Shown one piece after another: positions 26,924 to 38,689 of a stretch of DNA of 64,000 nucleotides (position 1 is the stretch's first letter; every line of letters begins with the position of its first letter). The translations under genes and the position numbers were made by a program. This stretch comes from Camelus ferus (Eukaryota), in NCBI RefSeq assembly GCF_009834535.1, contig NC_045697.1:63862001-63926000 (forward strand). The letters are read 5' to 3'. The notes below the pieces were generated by a model. The model was given only the letters and a program-made list of their open reading frames with translations. It searched no databases and had not been told where the DNA came from.

Positions 26924-27420
26924 GCAGTGGCCCTGGGCCATATACATCTCAGTGTTCTAATCCTGCAATCCCCAGTCGGAAATTAGAGCATAAGGAAGTA
27001 GCTGACAGGTGGGTAATCAGGTAAGCTTCTGCCCCCCCAGAGCTGGAGAAACCTGAGGAACAAACAAAAGGACCAGAAAACAAGTGGGAGAGGGATAATC
27101 AAGGATTGGGTTTCACAGATCAGTGACTCTTACTGTTGTTTTATGATATCACTCCTTTACTTCCTTTCACGTTAGGAATGATACACTTTATATTTTAGCC
27201 AATTTCTTCTGTATAAAAATGTCCCAAGAGGGAATGTCAAAGTTACTTAATTCTGTAGTCCTGGCTAGACCTTCACACATAATAGACATTGTTGTCTTTT
27301 GTTCGGAAACAATAGCGCATGTGAATTAGTAATAGACTCTTGATGAACACAGAGGTTTCCTTTGATAAATTTGTCTTCAAATCATAGAACTCACTAGTTC
27401 ATTCTGCTTCTAGAAAATAG

Positions 27421-27480
27421 GCACATTATTCTCTTGAGTATGGCTGAATCAATCTAATTTGAGAATGATGATAAAGGCAG
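27421..27480 (+). pseudogene. Exon remnant ...SMAESI*FENDDKG(R)
   Basis: MAESI vs recalled LAESV; donor cag|gtttca; acceptor uncertain. Confidence 0.45.
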
Positions 27481-27590
27481 GTTTCATTTTTTTTGTTTTG
27501 ACTTATTCTGCCTCCAAGGTGGTATTCTGTTCTCTGTAGCATTCTTCATGTTAACTTTATGCATCATCTGATTTTATTTTTCCACTTCAG

Positions 27591-27892
27591 AAAAATTTAT
27601 TCAGAAGCCAATATCTTCTGTTGTAATATTGTATAGTAAAAACAAGTTCCAGAGATGATTGAAAATGTGACACTGGAGGAATCCTAAAGTCATCTTCCTG
27701 ATAGTCTTGAAATTTCTGAAAAGCATCTGCCACCTGCCTGGCATATTCCCTGTGGCCAAGACCATGTAGGACAGCACCTCATCTTTCTCTGATTCTTTTT
27801 TTAATTGAAAATAAAATACTTCAGGGGCAATATGCACAATCTGAAGGCTGAGAAGGCAGAGATTTCAAATCTAGAGCAGAGCCTGAAATATA
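27591..27892 (+). pseudogene. Exon remnant, linker C-terminal part (FIQKPISSVVILYSKNKF ... RDFKSRAE)
   Basis: Strong acceptor ttttatttttccacttcag|. Ungapped pattern match to recalled WIDKYQAQLVVLSAQIAW, later DF as in DFEW..Q; frameshifts and stops. Confidence 0.65.
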
Positions 27893-28059
27893 GTAAAAGC
27901 TAAAGAACTTAGTATATGACATAAGAATGCCACTCATGTGTTTGGACTTTGGGACATAAACACGGTTCAAAAAATTATGCCGTGGAGAACAACAAAGATC
28001 CTTGGTCTCACTGTGTTTCTCTTCTAAAGAAGTGACATATACAATTCTAAGAAAAAAAA

Positions 28060-28270
28060 CTAATTATTGAGTTCCTGTGAGATGCTGGAGCCTTCACATA
28101 AGTTCTCATTTGAGCCTCATGACACTCTCATTTGGTTAATTTTACCTGCATTTTGCTCATGAGATAATTGAGTATCTGAAAGAATCTCTCCCCTGTTCAT
28201 ACTATTGGTAACCGGAAGAATCACAGTTTAAACCCATGATGTGCCCCCAAACTAAAGCTTTTCCCAGTAT
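28060..28270 (-). mobile_element. MIR
   Basis: attattgagttcctgtgagatgctgg...ctcatttgagcctcatgac...catgagataattgag. Confidence 0.55.
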
Positions 28271-28988
28271 CTTATTTATTCAGAACCAGTAGGTAATTTA
28301 AAAATGCCATGATAGTGTTCTGATTAACTTTTAATGGGAAAATAAAAGCATGAGAAAACAATGAAAGTTTACAGAGTTATAAAAATTATTTTATTTTATC
28401 CTGAGATTAGAATATGAAATATAATTAACAGTGACCTCTAAAATCCTTAGCCAGTTTGAGAGCAAAACAATTCCCTACTGAACTATCAGGCACTCTTTCT
28501 TTGTTTTCTACATGTATTGCAGCTCTGGCTGTGCCCTCACATCAGTGCCCAAGTATCCTCCTTCAGAAGTCTCTGTGGATCCCCTCGGGGGTGGGCCACA
28601 CATGATGACCAGTGACTTAGCAGTGGTGGACTCTGAAGGTACCTATAGGACAGCTGTATGTTTAATTTTCCATCTAAAAAATTCTCTTTAAATATACTGC
28701 CAACCATTCTCCTGTGGAAAGAGGACCATCTCATTGGGTTCATCTGCCCCAGTCCAAAAGGATCAAAGCCCTGCAGGTGCACTGGATGCTCTCACCCAGG
28801 ATTTCATTAGCTGCTCCCAACCTGCCCTTGTACATTAACGTTCTCAGTAAGCCTCCAGTTACTTCACTTGTCTGACTGAAGTCTCCTTCTCAAGCCTATG
28901 ATTAAAATATGCTATTGCAGTTGTTGGTCTTTTTAAGCCATTGCTCTATAGAAAACATTTACTTCTTTCTGATGTCAGTGTTTCTAAG

Positions 28989-29505
28989 TGTCACTGAAAA
29001 AAATGCACAACCTAAAAGTTGAGAGTTATGTTTTATTTGGCAGACATTTCTGAGGACTTAAGCCCAGGATACAGCCTCTCATATAGCTCTGAGGGTCTGC
29101 TCCGAAGAAGCAGGAGAGGAGCCAGGGTATATAGGAGTTTTTGCAACAAAAACCAGGTAGTTGGAATACCAAAAGATTACTGTTAATTAAAGAAAACGAG
29201 TATCTCAAGTTAAGGAATTTAGCACTTTACTGTTTATGGGAAGGTGCAAAAGTCTGGGCTCATTGAAATCATTCCTTTGATACGCACCTAGCTATCTAGG
29301 GCCAGTATCCTGTTCTTTCCCATCCTCAGTTCCCTTAGGATGTACCATTTGGTGTGGGGGGGGGGGGTGGCAAGGCTGGGCTGCCTGCTGGTCTCCATCG
29401 TGAGTTCCCTCCGGCTCACCTTCAGGGGCAGCAGTAGTGGCTGATGAATTGATAGTCGCAGCATCCTTTGTTTACTGATATGACAAGCAATATTTTTTAT
29501 TCACA
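28989..29505 (-). mobile_element. ERV1 solo LTR (MER41-like)
   Basis: TG...CA termini, TSD taag/taaa; shares its left end (cacaac...gagagttatg...ttttatttgg) with the 22212 LTR. Confidence 0.85.
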
Positions 29506-29689
29506 TAAAGTACTACTCTTGTCCTGTTCTGGGGTTGGTTGCAGTTCTTTCAAAGGATTACCATGTACTAAGGCCAGCATTTTCTCAAAAGTCTTTCACA
29601 AATTTCTTTCTATTACAAGATTTGCTTTCCTTATGAGCTTTAGTTAGGGCTCAGATTTGATATGTGCACTCCCCCATGCTCTTACATAC

Positions 29690-30601
29690 TTTGTTTACAA
29701 ATATTTATTGAGCATTGAAGATATGTTCTAGGCACTTTCTAGGCAAACCTGAGAAACTTTGCTAAGCAAAACAGGGAACCCCACCCTCCTGAAGCTTATG
29801 TGGTTGGGAAAAGGAGAAGAAAATTACCAATAGTTGCGATAGGTAAGAGTAGGGCAAGGTAAAGGAGAATGCTGAAGGTGTGGCTTGCAATTTTAAATAG
29901 GGCAGTTACCTCCTGGAGAAAGTGACACTTGAATGAAGACTTGTACGAGGTGAGAAAATTAGCCCTGAGGAAATCTGGAGGGAAAATACAAAGGCTTAAT
30001 GGTAGGGATGTCTTGGAGAATAGCGAATAGCAAGTACGCCTGTCTGGCTGAAGCTTTGAGTATTATGGTAGGAAGGGATTTCAGGGAGATGAGTGGAGCT
30101 GGGCGATGAAGAGTCTTCATGTTTTTACACTGAGGGAAAAAGAAAGCCTTTGAAAGGTTTTGGGCAGAGGAGGAACACATGATATGCCTTGCATTTTAAA
30201 AGGATCACTCTGTCTATTGTGTTGATGATAGACTGGGAGGACAATGGCAAAAAGACTATTTTAGTAATTGAGGACACCTCCTCACCAGGGAGTAGCAATG
30301 AAGGTAGAACCAAGGGATTTTCTGACAGACTGGATGTTAGAGAAATAGAAGGGTCAAGAAAAACTTCAGGGTGTTGGCTTGAGCAACTGGAAGAATAACA
30401 GCCATTAATTGGTTGCAGATGTAGCCAGGGGAACAGATTTAATTTTAGATATATTAATTCTGAGATATTGATTAGTAATGTAAGTAATTAGTGATTCAGG
30501 TCAAATAGGCAGTTGAACATCTATAAAAGTATGGAGTCAGGATAGAGGTCTGGCCTGGAGATGTATGTTTGGGACATCACTATAATGGTAGTATTTAAAG
30601 C
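29690..30601 (-). mobile_element. L2 3' region
   Basis: caaatatttattgagc...ttttaaaaggatcactctg...caggatagaggtctggcctggagatg. Confidence 0.8.
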
Positions 30602-30610
30602 TAATCCTCT

Positions 30611-31165
30611 TGTTACAGTGCAAAATTTCATACGCCTGTTGCACAAACCGAAATGTCAGAGTTTAGAACAGAGAAAAGGTTTATTGCAGGGCCAAGCAAG
30701 AAGAATGGGTGGATCGTGCTCAAAATACCTAAACTTTTTGATAGTTTTCAGGGAAAAGTTTTTTATAGGCAAAATTGGGGGTGAGGGTTACGAGGGTGTG
30801 TGTGACTATCTTCTGATTGCTTGGTGGTGAGGTACCAGGGCTGTGTTCCAGGAATGTGCTCAGCCTGAAGTTACCAGCCTCCACCTGGGTGGGGGCCTCA
30901 GTTCCTATAGAACTCAGAGATATTGTTATGTATATTCCCTTACGTGGAACCAGGATCCTGCCCCAAGGCTGCACTATTGTTTCTTGACTGTCCCTCCCTT
31001 GTTTCTGAATTTCCTCTTTTTCTTGATTAGTAGCTATTTGAATCTGCCCTTTGGAACTCAGGGAATGCCAGGGAGGCTGAATGAAATGTATTTCCTACGA
31101 ACAAGGAATGGGGGACATGGGAAGTATGTCCCAGGGAGGACTCCACAGAGTCCTGCTCTGCTTGA
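30611..31165 (-). mobile_element. ERV1 solo LTR, same family as 31763
   Basis: Perfect 4-bp TSD ctct (30607-30610, 31166-31169); minus-strand AATAAA (30680-30685) and TATAAAA (30761-30767). Confidence 0.9.
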
Positions 31166-31169
31166 CTCT

Positions 31170-31390
31170 GCTTAACTCTTTTCCCCTTACCACTTATCAC
31201 TATTAAGATACAACATACTATCTTGATAAGATTGGCTAAAATACTATATATTTTCATTTTGCACTTCTATGTGCCTCCTTCTGCCACAAGAGAATATCCA
31301 GGCAGTGATTTTTCTGTTTTATTCTCTGCTGCATCCTTAGCTCCTAGAAGAGTGTGTGGCACATGGTTGCTGCCAATAAATGTTGTTTGC
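31170..31390 (+). mobile_element. L2 3' end
   Basis: cacttatcac...cctagaagagtgtgtggcacatggttgctgccaataaatgttg. Confidence 0.7.
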
Positions 31391-31762
31391 AACCATAGCC
31401 AGACTTTAAGATACCCTTTAAATTGCTAGGACTGAAATTCTTCTCAGAAAGTTTTCCACGTGTTTGTCCTTCCACCTACAGTCTCTGGGATCCTGATTTA
31501 GAGGTATTTTCATTTGGGTCTTCTCTAACCTCATTTTCCTGAGGTTCAGATACAAGACAATTCCTTGGCATCAACAATTTCCTTCCAGTTCCATTTTCTA
31601 CCATACACCCTCTGAATTTAAAACACAGTCATTTTGGGTCCTTCTGATAAGTTTTATAGCTGCAAATTCAAGTCTTTTGGAAAGCAATTGGGAAGATATA
31701 TTTTTATACTCAATTATTATAGAACTTCTAGGCTTGTTTAAATTACCTAAAACTAAGAAAAG

Positions 31763-32350
31763 TGAAACAGAGAAGGACCCTGTGGGGTCCTCCGTGATAC
31801 AAATCCTGTCCGTGTGCTCTCCCCACCCCCTTATTTCTTGTTTGTGAAAATAGACTTCATCCAGCCTCCTTGACCTTCCCTGAATACCAAAGGGCAGATT
31901 GAAACAGTTGCATATCAGGGAGGGGAGGAAATGCAGAAACATGGGAGGGATCCTCAAGAAACAATAGTGAAGCCTGGGGGCAGGGTCTTAGTTCATCCTC
32001 ATATACATATACATAACAATATCTCTGAGTTCTTCTACAGGAACTGAGGTCCCCACTCAGGTGGAGGCTGGTAACTTCAGGCTGAGCACAACATTCCTGG
32101 AATACCACCCTGGTACCTCAACACCAAGCAATCAGAAGAAAGTCACACACCCTTGCAGCCCTCCCTCACCCCTAGTTTTGCCTATAAAAACTTTCCGCAG
32201 AAAACCATCTGGTAGTTTGGGTTTTTGAGCATGAGCCACCCATTCTCCTTCCCTGGCCCTTCCAATAAACCTTTATCTGCTCCACACTCTGACATTTTGG
32301 ATTGTTTGGCCTCACTGTGCATTGGGCACACAAACTTTTGTTCAGTAACA
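31763..32350 (+). mobile_element. ERV1 solo LTR, inverted relative to 30611
   Basis: TG...CA termini, perfect TSD aaag, TATAAAA at 32183, AATAAA at 32264. ORFs 30843(+) and 31857(-) are near-identical peptides. Confidence 0.92.
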
Positions 32351-32868
32351 AAAGATGTATTACTAAGACAAAGAGGTGAAAAGATGACCTTGAACACTAT
32401 CTCTTCCTTTCAAGCAGCTTGCTGAGAAGCCTGCCCTTTGTCTCTGGCTCACTAGAGTGCCGTATTTGTCTAAATAAATTGTGAATGAATACTGTCTGTA
32501 CACGGGCTGACAGGCAATGACTTATGAAATGGAGGAATTTTCACATTTACAAATGAATTACCTGTTTTAATAAAACCAAGAAAGTACAATTTTCCATCCC
32601 TATCTCTGGCATGCCTTTCCAGTACTACTGATTTTTATTACTTAGTAAATTTGCCTTCTTGAAAGATAATAGTCCAACTCAGTCTGTATTAAAATCAAGG
32701 TCAATTTTCCACTATTAGTGCTCAGGAAAGTGAAAGGTTGAATTATTCTTTAGTCATGGTTTTTAGAAACTTGATAGACTGAAAATAAAACAGAAATAAA
32801 TTCAGTTCAAAAATTCACAGCAAGTATTAGAATCATGATTTTTCTTTTTACCTTGTCTTATTTTTCAG

Positions 32869-32909
32869 AATTTGATTCAGTCCCAGCCTCTTCCTTTGTT
32901 ATTTTATAG
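32869..32909 (+). pseudogene. Exon remnant FDSVPASSFVIL*
   Basis: Strong acceptor tcttatttttcag|, donor tag|gtcagt. 13 aa vs recalled DYNC1H1 FDPKQTDVLQQLS. Confidence 0.65.
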
Positions 32910-33027
32910 GTCAGTCCCTGAAAAGTTAATTAATTCAATCTGGGACACTGAACTAGTTAGTGGCAGTGGCTGCACTTGATTCGTGTTCCATAAATGTTTC
33001 CACTCTAAATAGTCTTTTTCATTCTAG

Positions 33028-33073
33028 ATCCAAATAGGAAGCCATGATAATAATAGTCTAACACTGTTTCTTG
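33028..33073 (+). pseudogene. Exon remnant IQIGSHDNNSLTLFL(G), immediately before AAA1
   Basis: tctttttcattctag| ... ttg|gtaatt; same length as recalled IQMANAKFNYGFEYLG. Confidence 0.65.
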
Positions 33074-33559
33074 GTAATTTTATTATGATTTCTGTTTTGG
33101 TCAATTATGTCATTATTAATGTTAATCATGAATAAGAGAGGGTCTATAATTTGAAATCATTTGAGAACTTACAGCTTTAGTAGTTGAATTATACTTCATG
33201 ACCTGCATTTACTAAAAGAAACTTGTTTTAGAGGCTCAGTGCCCATACCATGTGGGAGGTAGAAATTACAAGAAAAGTGCTGATTACAGCTTGACCGAAG
33301 CAATCAGAGATGTCTTAAAAACCAGGTGTCCTCAGTAGCAACAGTTTTGCTTTATTATTTGTAGTTGTGCTATTTGAAGTCAGTTTAGCTTAAATCTTAA
33401 ATCTTCATTTTTTGTGGGGAAATAGATCCATTTAATTTTCAGCTACATTTTGGTTTTTCTTTTTATAAATTTTTAAATGAAATCAGGCTCTTACTTATTT
33501 TTTGAACTTGCTGTCTTTCCTCCCAAAGTAGACGGAACCTTTGAGCACGATGCTCTCCC

Positions 33560-33875
33560 AGCTGCCTCATCTCACAGACCTCAGATCTCAATATGTTCAT
33601 TGCTTCCTCAAAGAAGCATTTTAATATCTCCCTCACTAGTCCAATTCCTATTTTACTCTCATCACATTGTGTATTTCCATTGTAAATGTTTAATTTTACA
33701 AATATGACTTTTCTCTTATTTGATTAGTGTCAGTCTACCTCTCAGAAATGGAATTTCCCTAAGAACAGGAAACATGGACTTTTACTTACTATTTTAACCT
33801 TACCATTATGGGATAAGTCAAGGAGGATTCAAAATAGGCACTGAATGAATATTGGATGAATGAATGAATGAATGA
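33560..33875 (+). mobile_element. L2 3' end
   Basis: Ends ggcactgaatgaatattggatgaatgaatgaatgaatga. Confidence 0.65.
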
Positions 33876-35071
33876 TTCAAAATTCTGCTGAATACTTAAT
33901 CATTTATAGCAAAAACAATGCTTTCCCAAAGTTGTTTTGCTTTTAGCAAGGTTACAGATCTACTGAACTATATTGATATGAGCAAGAAAAATGTACCTTT
34001 TCTTTTTATTTTTCTTATAAATAATTTGATATTCTTCAGAAACCTCTCACCTCATAGATTTATCCCTAGGTTGACATGGGTGGCTCAATTTAATTATTAT
34101 AAATTCACTCCAATTCAGTAATTTTGGACATCTGATTTTGTGTAGATTTCAGCCCTTCCCCATCTCCTCCATAAGTTGGTGTCCAAATGTTTGTTATAAG
34201 TTAATATGATTTGAAAAAGAATGTATGAAATTTTGTGAATAATTTATTAATGAAATGACTACTTTCAATAATAATTCCTATATAGATTTTCCTCTAACCT
34301 CCTAAAGGGCAGGGGCCATTTCTTATTATTTTTACTTTTGTTTCCCTCTGAAGTAACGCAGTGGTTAACACAGAGTTTCTCAATAAAACTTTCTTTAAGT
34401 GAATGAATCAAAATGACATTAATCAAAAGAAAGGGAAACATGAATGTTTGTACGTTACTGCAAAAAATTATATGTGTTAGCTGTAATTAGGAGTGTGTTT
34501 TCAGTATGTCTCTGCTTTGATTTAATAAATAGTTCTGAAGACACTTCTGATAGCTTGAGTAGATATGGGGCCTAGTAAACATGCCAAATGAATTTTTTTT
34601 TAAATCAAAATAATATGTTCAGATTGCAAATCTCATCTTATTTGACAAGGAAAAAAAAAGCTCATTGATTGATTAAGCTGTAAAGATAGAAATACAAATA
34701 GGGGTAGCTAAGAAGTTAAGTCTAAAACAGCCTTTTAGCATGTTATCAGCGGGGAAAAAAATGGCAACAAAATAAGTTTCTATTTTCTCTTTTAAGACAT
34801 AGACGCAGCCTTATAGAGAGCAAAGATTAGAATCTAGTGAGAAAACTGGGTTCAGTACCAATGGTTAATGGCCAAACCCATAAAAGATGAATACTTGTTA
34901 GACTTGAGTAGGCAGTGGAGGGCTAGGCCCAGCTGTATCCAACAGGAGGAAATCCAACGAGGCTGGAAGGGCAAGGGACATGGCAGTCATGAAGACAGGT
35001 GCTTGGTGACAGTCCAGGATGCCTTTTCAATACAGATAAGCAGATGGTCTCTGTTGTGAGTAAGTGAAGAG

Positions 35072-35225
35072 CAGTGGTTCTTAAGCTTTAGTGTGCATTA
35101 CCCAAAAAGCTTATTAAAAATGCAGATTCCCCAGTCTCATCCTTAGACATTCTGATTCTGTAGGTTTAGGTTATGCCGAGGACTCTGTATTTTTAGCCAG
35201 CACCCAAGGAAATTCTGATGCCCAA
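35072..35225. mobile_element. MER5B-like hAT MITE
   Basis: cagtggttcttaagcttt...taaaaatgcagattcc...ttctgattctgtaggt...aattctgatgc. Confidence 0.75.
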
Positions 35226-35335
35226 GACTCTTTTTCAAAAATACCTAAAATTTAAAAAATGTTAATCTTTTTTTCATGTAAATTGAGCACTTACTAATGA
35301 GTGATTACCTAATATTCATATACACATAATGATAT

Positions 35336-35860
35336 TGCTGGGGAGGAGGAAGTTTCCCCCTCTACTACTCTTGAGTTCTTGTGGTAGGACTAATAATTAA
35401 GTTGACAGAAGACAGATTAATAGGAGAAAGAGAAACAAATTTTACTTCCCACGCATGGATATCTACTGGAAATGGGACCTAAAGTGTGTGAAGTAAGCAT
35501 CTTTTATACTTTTTAAACAAAGAAACAATACATTTTTGAGGAAGTAATAGGACAAAGAAACTTAGGTTTTGGGTGTGTAATTAGTGAAGAATCTAAACAG
35601 AGTCTGGGCTTGGGGCAGTAAGTTAAAGGCCTGTTTGCATAGGCTTCTCAGCCCTGAATTCCCTATCTTTGATGATCAAGGTGTCCTTGTACCTCCGGAT
35701 GCAGGGAGTGCAACTTTCAATGAGAGACTTATTTCCTGCTTTTTGGGAGACAGAAAGGAGAATCAGGGTGTTCTTATGTTGGCCAGTTCTTAAGTAATTT
35801 TAATTCAAATTGATCAATATGTCACTGAGGCACATTTTGGGTTGCCTACCTTTGGCCCCA
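35336..35860 (-). mobile_element. ERV1 (MER4-group-like) solo LTR
   Basis: aagacagattaataggagaaaag ... ttttata ... tcaatatgtcactgaggcacattttggg terminus pattern. Confidence 0.75.
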
Positions 35861-36017
35861 ATTACATAAATAGAATTCATCTGAATTAAGAATATTAAAT
35901 TACATTTAGGATATTTAACTGATTAAAGTCTGAACCATTTTCCTTTTTCGAACAAAAAGCAGTTTATCCTTCATTTAAAGTTCCAACAATCTAAAAAGTC
36001 TCATTTGAAACTTTCAG

Positions 36018-36239
36018 CCCCCTATTCATTACTTTTCTGCTGAACATAATAAAGAAAGACCTTGCTAGTGTGATGGCCTATGGGTATATAGTCCCATGAG
36101 GCATTCCTTGCATGGAGTTTCTTTTTCCTAAGACTAGAATACTTCGTCCTGTGCTCTAAAATTCTGCCTCAGAGGCTGAGGGACTTTCCTCCTGTTTCTG
36201 CATCTCTGAGGTTGACTTGCGTGAGGCAGCCTGAACTAC
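36018..36239 (+). pseudogene. Exon remnant, AAA1 N-terminal half with degenerate Walker A
   Basis: actttcag|. LFITFLLNIIKKDLASVM vs recalled LVITPLTDRCYRTLFGAL; P*G at the PEG position; after a frameshift YFVLCSKIL vs VVFNCSDGL; donor uncertain (36211-36240). Confidence 0.65.
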
Positions 36240-36899
36240 GTAAAGTTTTGTCTCCTACATTCCCCTTTATTATGCAGTGGACACTCAATAAATACATGAT
36301 AAAGGAATGAGTGGATTTTTCTATACACCAGCATCAAAGATTCACAGATGATCATTTTTACTTCTTGAAGCTTTTTGTTAAAACTGGAGATAATCTTAAT
36401 TAAATTCTCTCACTTTACAGTGGAAACAATGGAGATAGTTCTGGCTAAGTAACTCAGTATCTTTATGTTGGCTTTGTCCATACGGTGCTTTATTTTACAT
36501 TTATCTGTTCTATTTCCCAAGTTCTATTATTTTATTCTTGTTTAATAGTTTAAAATTTTCATAATTCGTAGAATATTTGCCTATAATGTCTATCTCATGC
36601 CAGTCTGCTATTTGTCAGGGTGTCAAAATGATTTAATTGCTTATTCTGCTTAGCAAAATTTAGAGGGAAATTCACAAATGTTGTCTTTGTGCATGTATGT
36701 GTTCACATGAGCAAAATTCTAGGGACAAGTTTTGAAAACAAGTTTAATCTTTGAAATTTAAATTTCTAATGAAAATACTTTTTTTTTAATTTAAAGAAAG
36801 ATTACATAGAGTAATATTCTTTTTAAAGGAATATAATTTGTTTTAGGTATATTTTCACTAATAGATAAGTGACAACTGTAAAACTCAAGAACGTGATAT

Positions 36900-37580
36900 C
36901 AGTGATACGTTTGGCTATGAGTAATGAACAAACAAACAAAAAGTGTATTACAGTCATTTAAAAACATATGGAATATATTTGTTTCAAGCACAGGAAATCT
37001 GGTACTAGCAATCCAGGGCTGACACAGTGCCTCAGTGAAATCATAAGTTCTGGACATTTTCTTACAGCTACCATGCAGTACTGAGCAGCTTAGGTCCAGC
37101 AAAAGGTCATCTGACTAGTGGGAAAAAGGGACTGATTGGCTTGGGCTGCCTTTTGTCCAGAGGGAGTACTCTAATTGTAATTCCCAAGATGCCAAATGGG
37201 TCAGCAGTAGTCCTCTTTTTTTGTCTTCTTGTTTCACCAACAAGGTAGGTGGCTTTTGTCATCACAGTCATAAAATAAGGCTGTTGTACATCCGAGCCTT
37301 TGCACCTGGGTTCAAGGCAGGAAGAAACAAGTGTTCCAAGGTTTATTTCTGCGAAAAACTTTACTTGGAAAATGAAGTCTTTTTCAGTCTTTTAATGGAC
37401 TCTTGCCATTAGCTTATTGTTCAGAATTGTGCCATGTGTCATCTTTAATGCAAGAGATCTGTGAGGAGCAAGTATGTTTATCTGGAATATCTTGACATTG
37501 GTGGAGGGAAATCAGGATTCTCTCTGTAAGCAGGAAGGGAGAACAGGTATCTGATAGGCAGCTAGAAGTGGCTGTCATAG
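36900..37580 (-). mobile_element. MaLR LTR (MLT1J/K/L-like)
   Basis: gttcaaggcaggaagaa...ttattgttcagaattgtgccatg...aaatcaggattct...gaagggagaa. Confidence 0.6.
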
Positions 37581-38689
37581 GGAATAATTAGATGAAGAAA
37601 GAAAAAGACCAAATGAACATGAACCTTGGGTCAATGTTAACAGTGCTGCAGATTTTCAGCCTGAAGATCAAATCTCAGCAGCAAAATTCGGCTGAAATAA
37701 AAGTCTCTTCTTTCATCTATTTCTATTCCCAGTACCACACAGAGCTTACATACTTGGCTGCCTGCCATGTGACTAATATGTGAACCAATCACTCATCTTT
37801 ACTTTCATACCACTTCAGTTCCAGTAACAATATACATGGCAACAGTCCACTCAGTCTTCACAGCAAAGAAAAAGTTTGGAAAATGTCATCAAATATTTAT
37901 AGTGTAGAATAGTATTTCCACAGTATGAAAGATTTATTAGTTTTAGTTTGAGAAATGAAAATGTTTATTGGTACAAAATCTATGAATCAGTTTAGAAATG
38001 AGTGTTTTCAAAATTTACAGATTTTCCTTTGCATAATTAGCTTTGGTTTTATTTTTAATAAGGTTAAATTTGCTTTTCTGAGTTTTGAATTCTAGAATTT
38101 CTGGACTTAGAATACATCATAAGTATGTATATTTAAAATATTTTTATATAACCTGTTCAATGAAGGTCTAGATTGACTTGATTAACATATATAAAGAAAA
38201 ATAGAAAGGAACTCTGTTAAGACAAATATTTTCTGAACCTTTTAGATTTTAATAAAACTTATATGAATGATTTGTCTGTACAGATTAGTTAAAAATGAAA
38301 GACTAGTTACATATAATGTGATGAAGGGATTCTATAAAAAAAAAGATTAATGAATAAAATATTTTTGGCCAGTGGGCAAATAGGAATAAAATATATTTAA
38401 TTTAATATTTTATGGTTAGTAAAAAGTATACTTACCTCATGTCTAATTTACAAAGTATAACTGTGGCTTTATATCATATACAGATCAAATTGATCTTCCC
38501 CAAGAGTGAAAACTAAAATACCTATGAAAATTAATAAATTAAAAGATAAAGGGAAAATATTTTAGACATATTGATCTTATATCAAGCAAACTTGCAAACC
38601 AGTGTTATTAGTTTCAAAAGTAAATCATACTATCTGCAAAAAATGACAACTTTATTTTAATTTTCTGATCCTTTGGTAATTTTTCTTGT

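Noticed and set aside
30843..32108. Similar ORFs MFQECAQPEV... and MVFQECCAQPEV... as duplicated small genes
   Set aside because: Both lie in the two LTR copies and only reflect LTR homology.
30611..32350. Single provirus or TIR transposon
   Set aside because: The LTRs are inverted, each has its own TSD, and the spacer holds L2 sequence rather than gag/pol.
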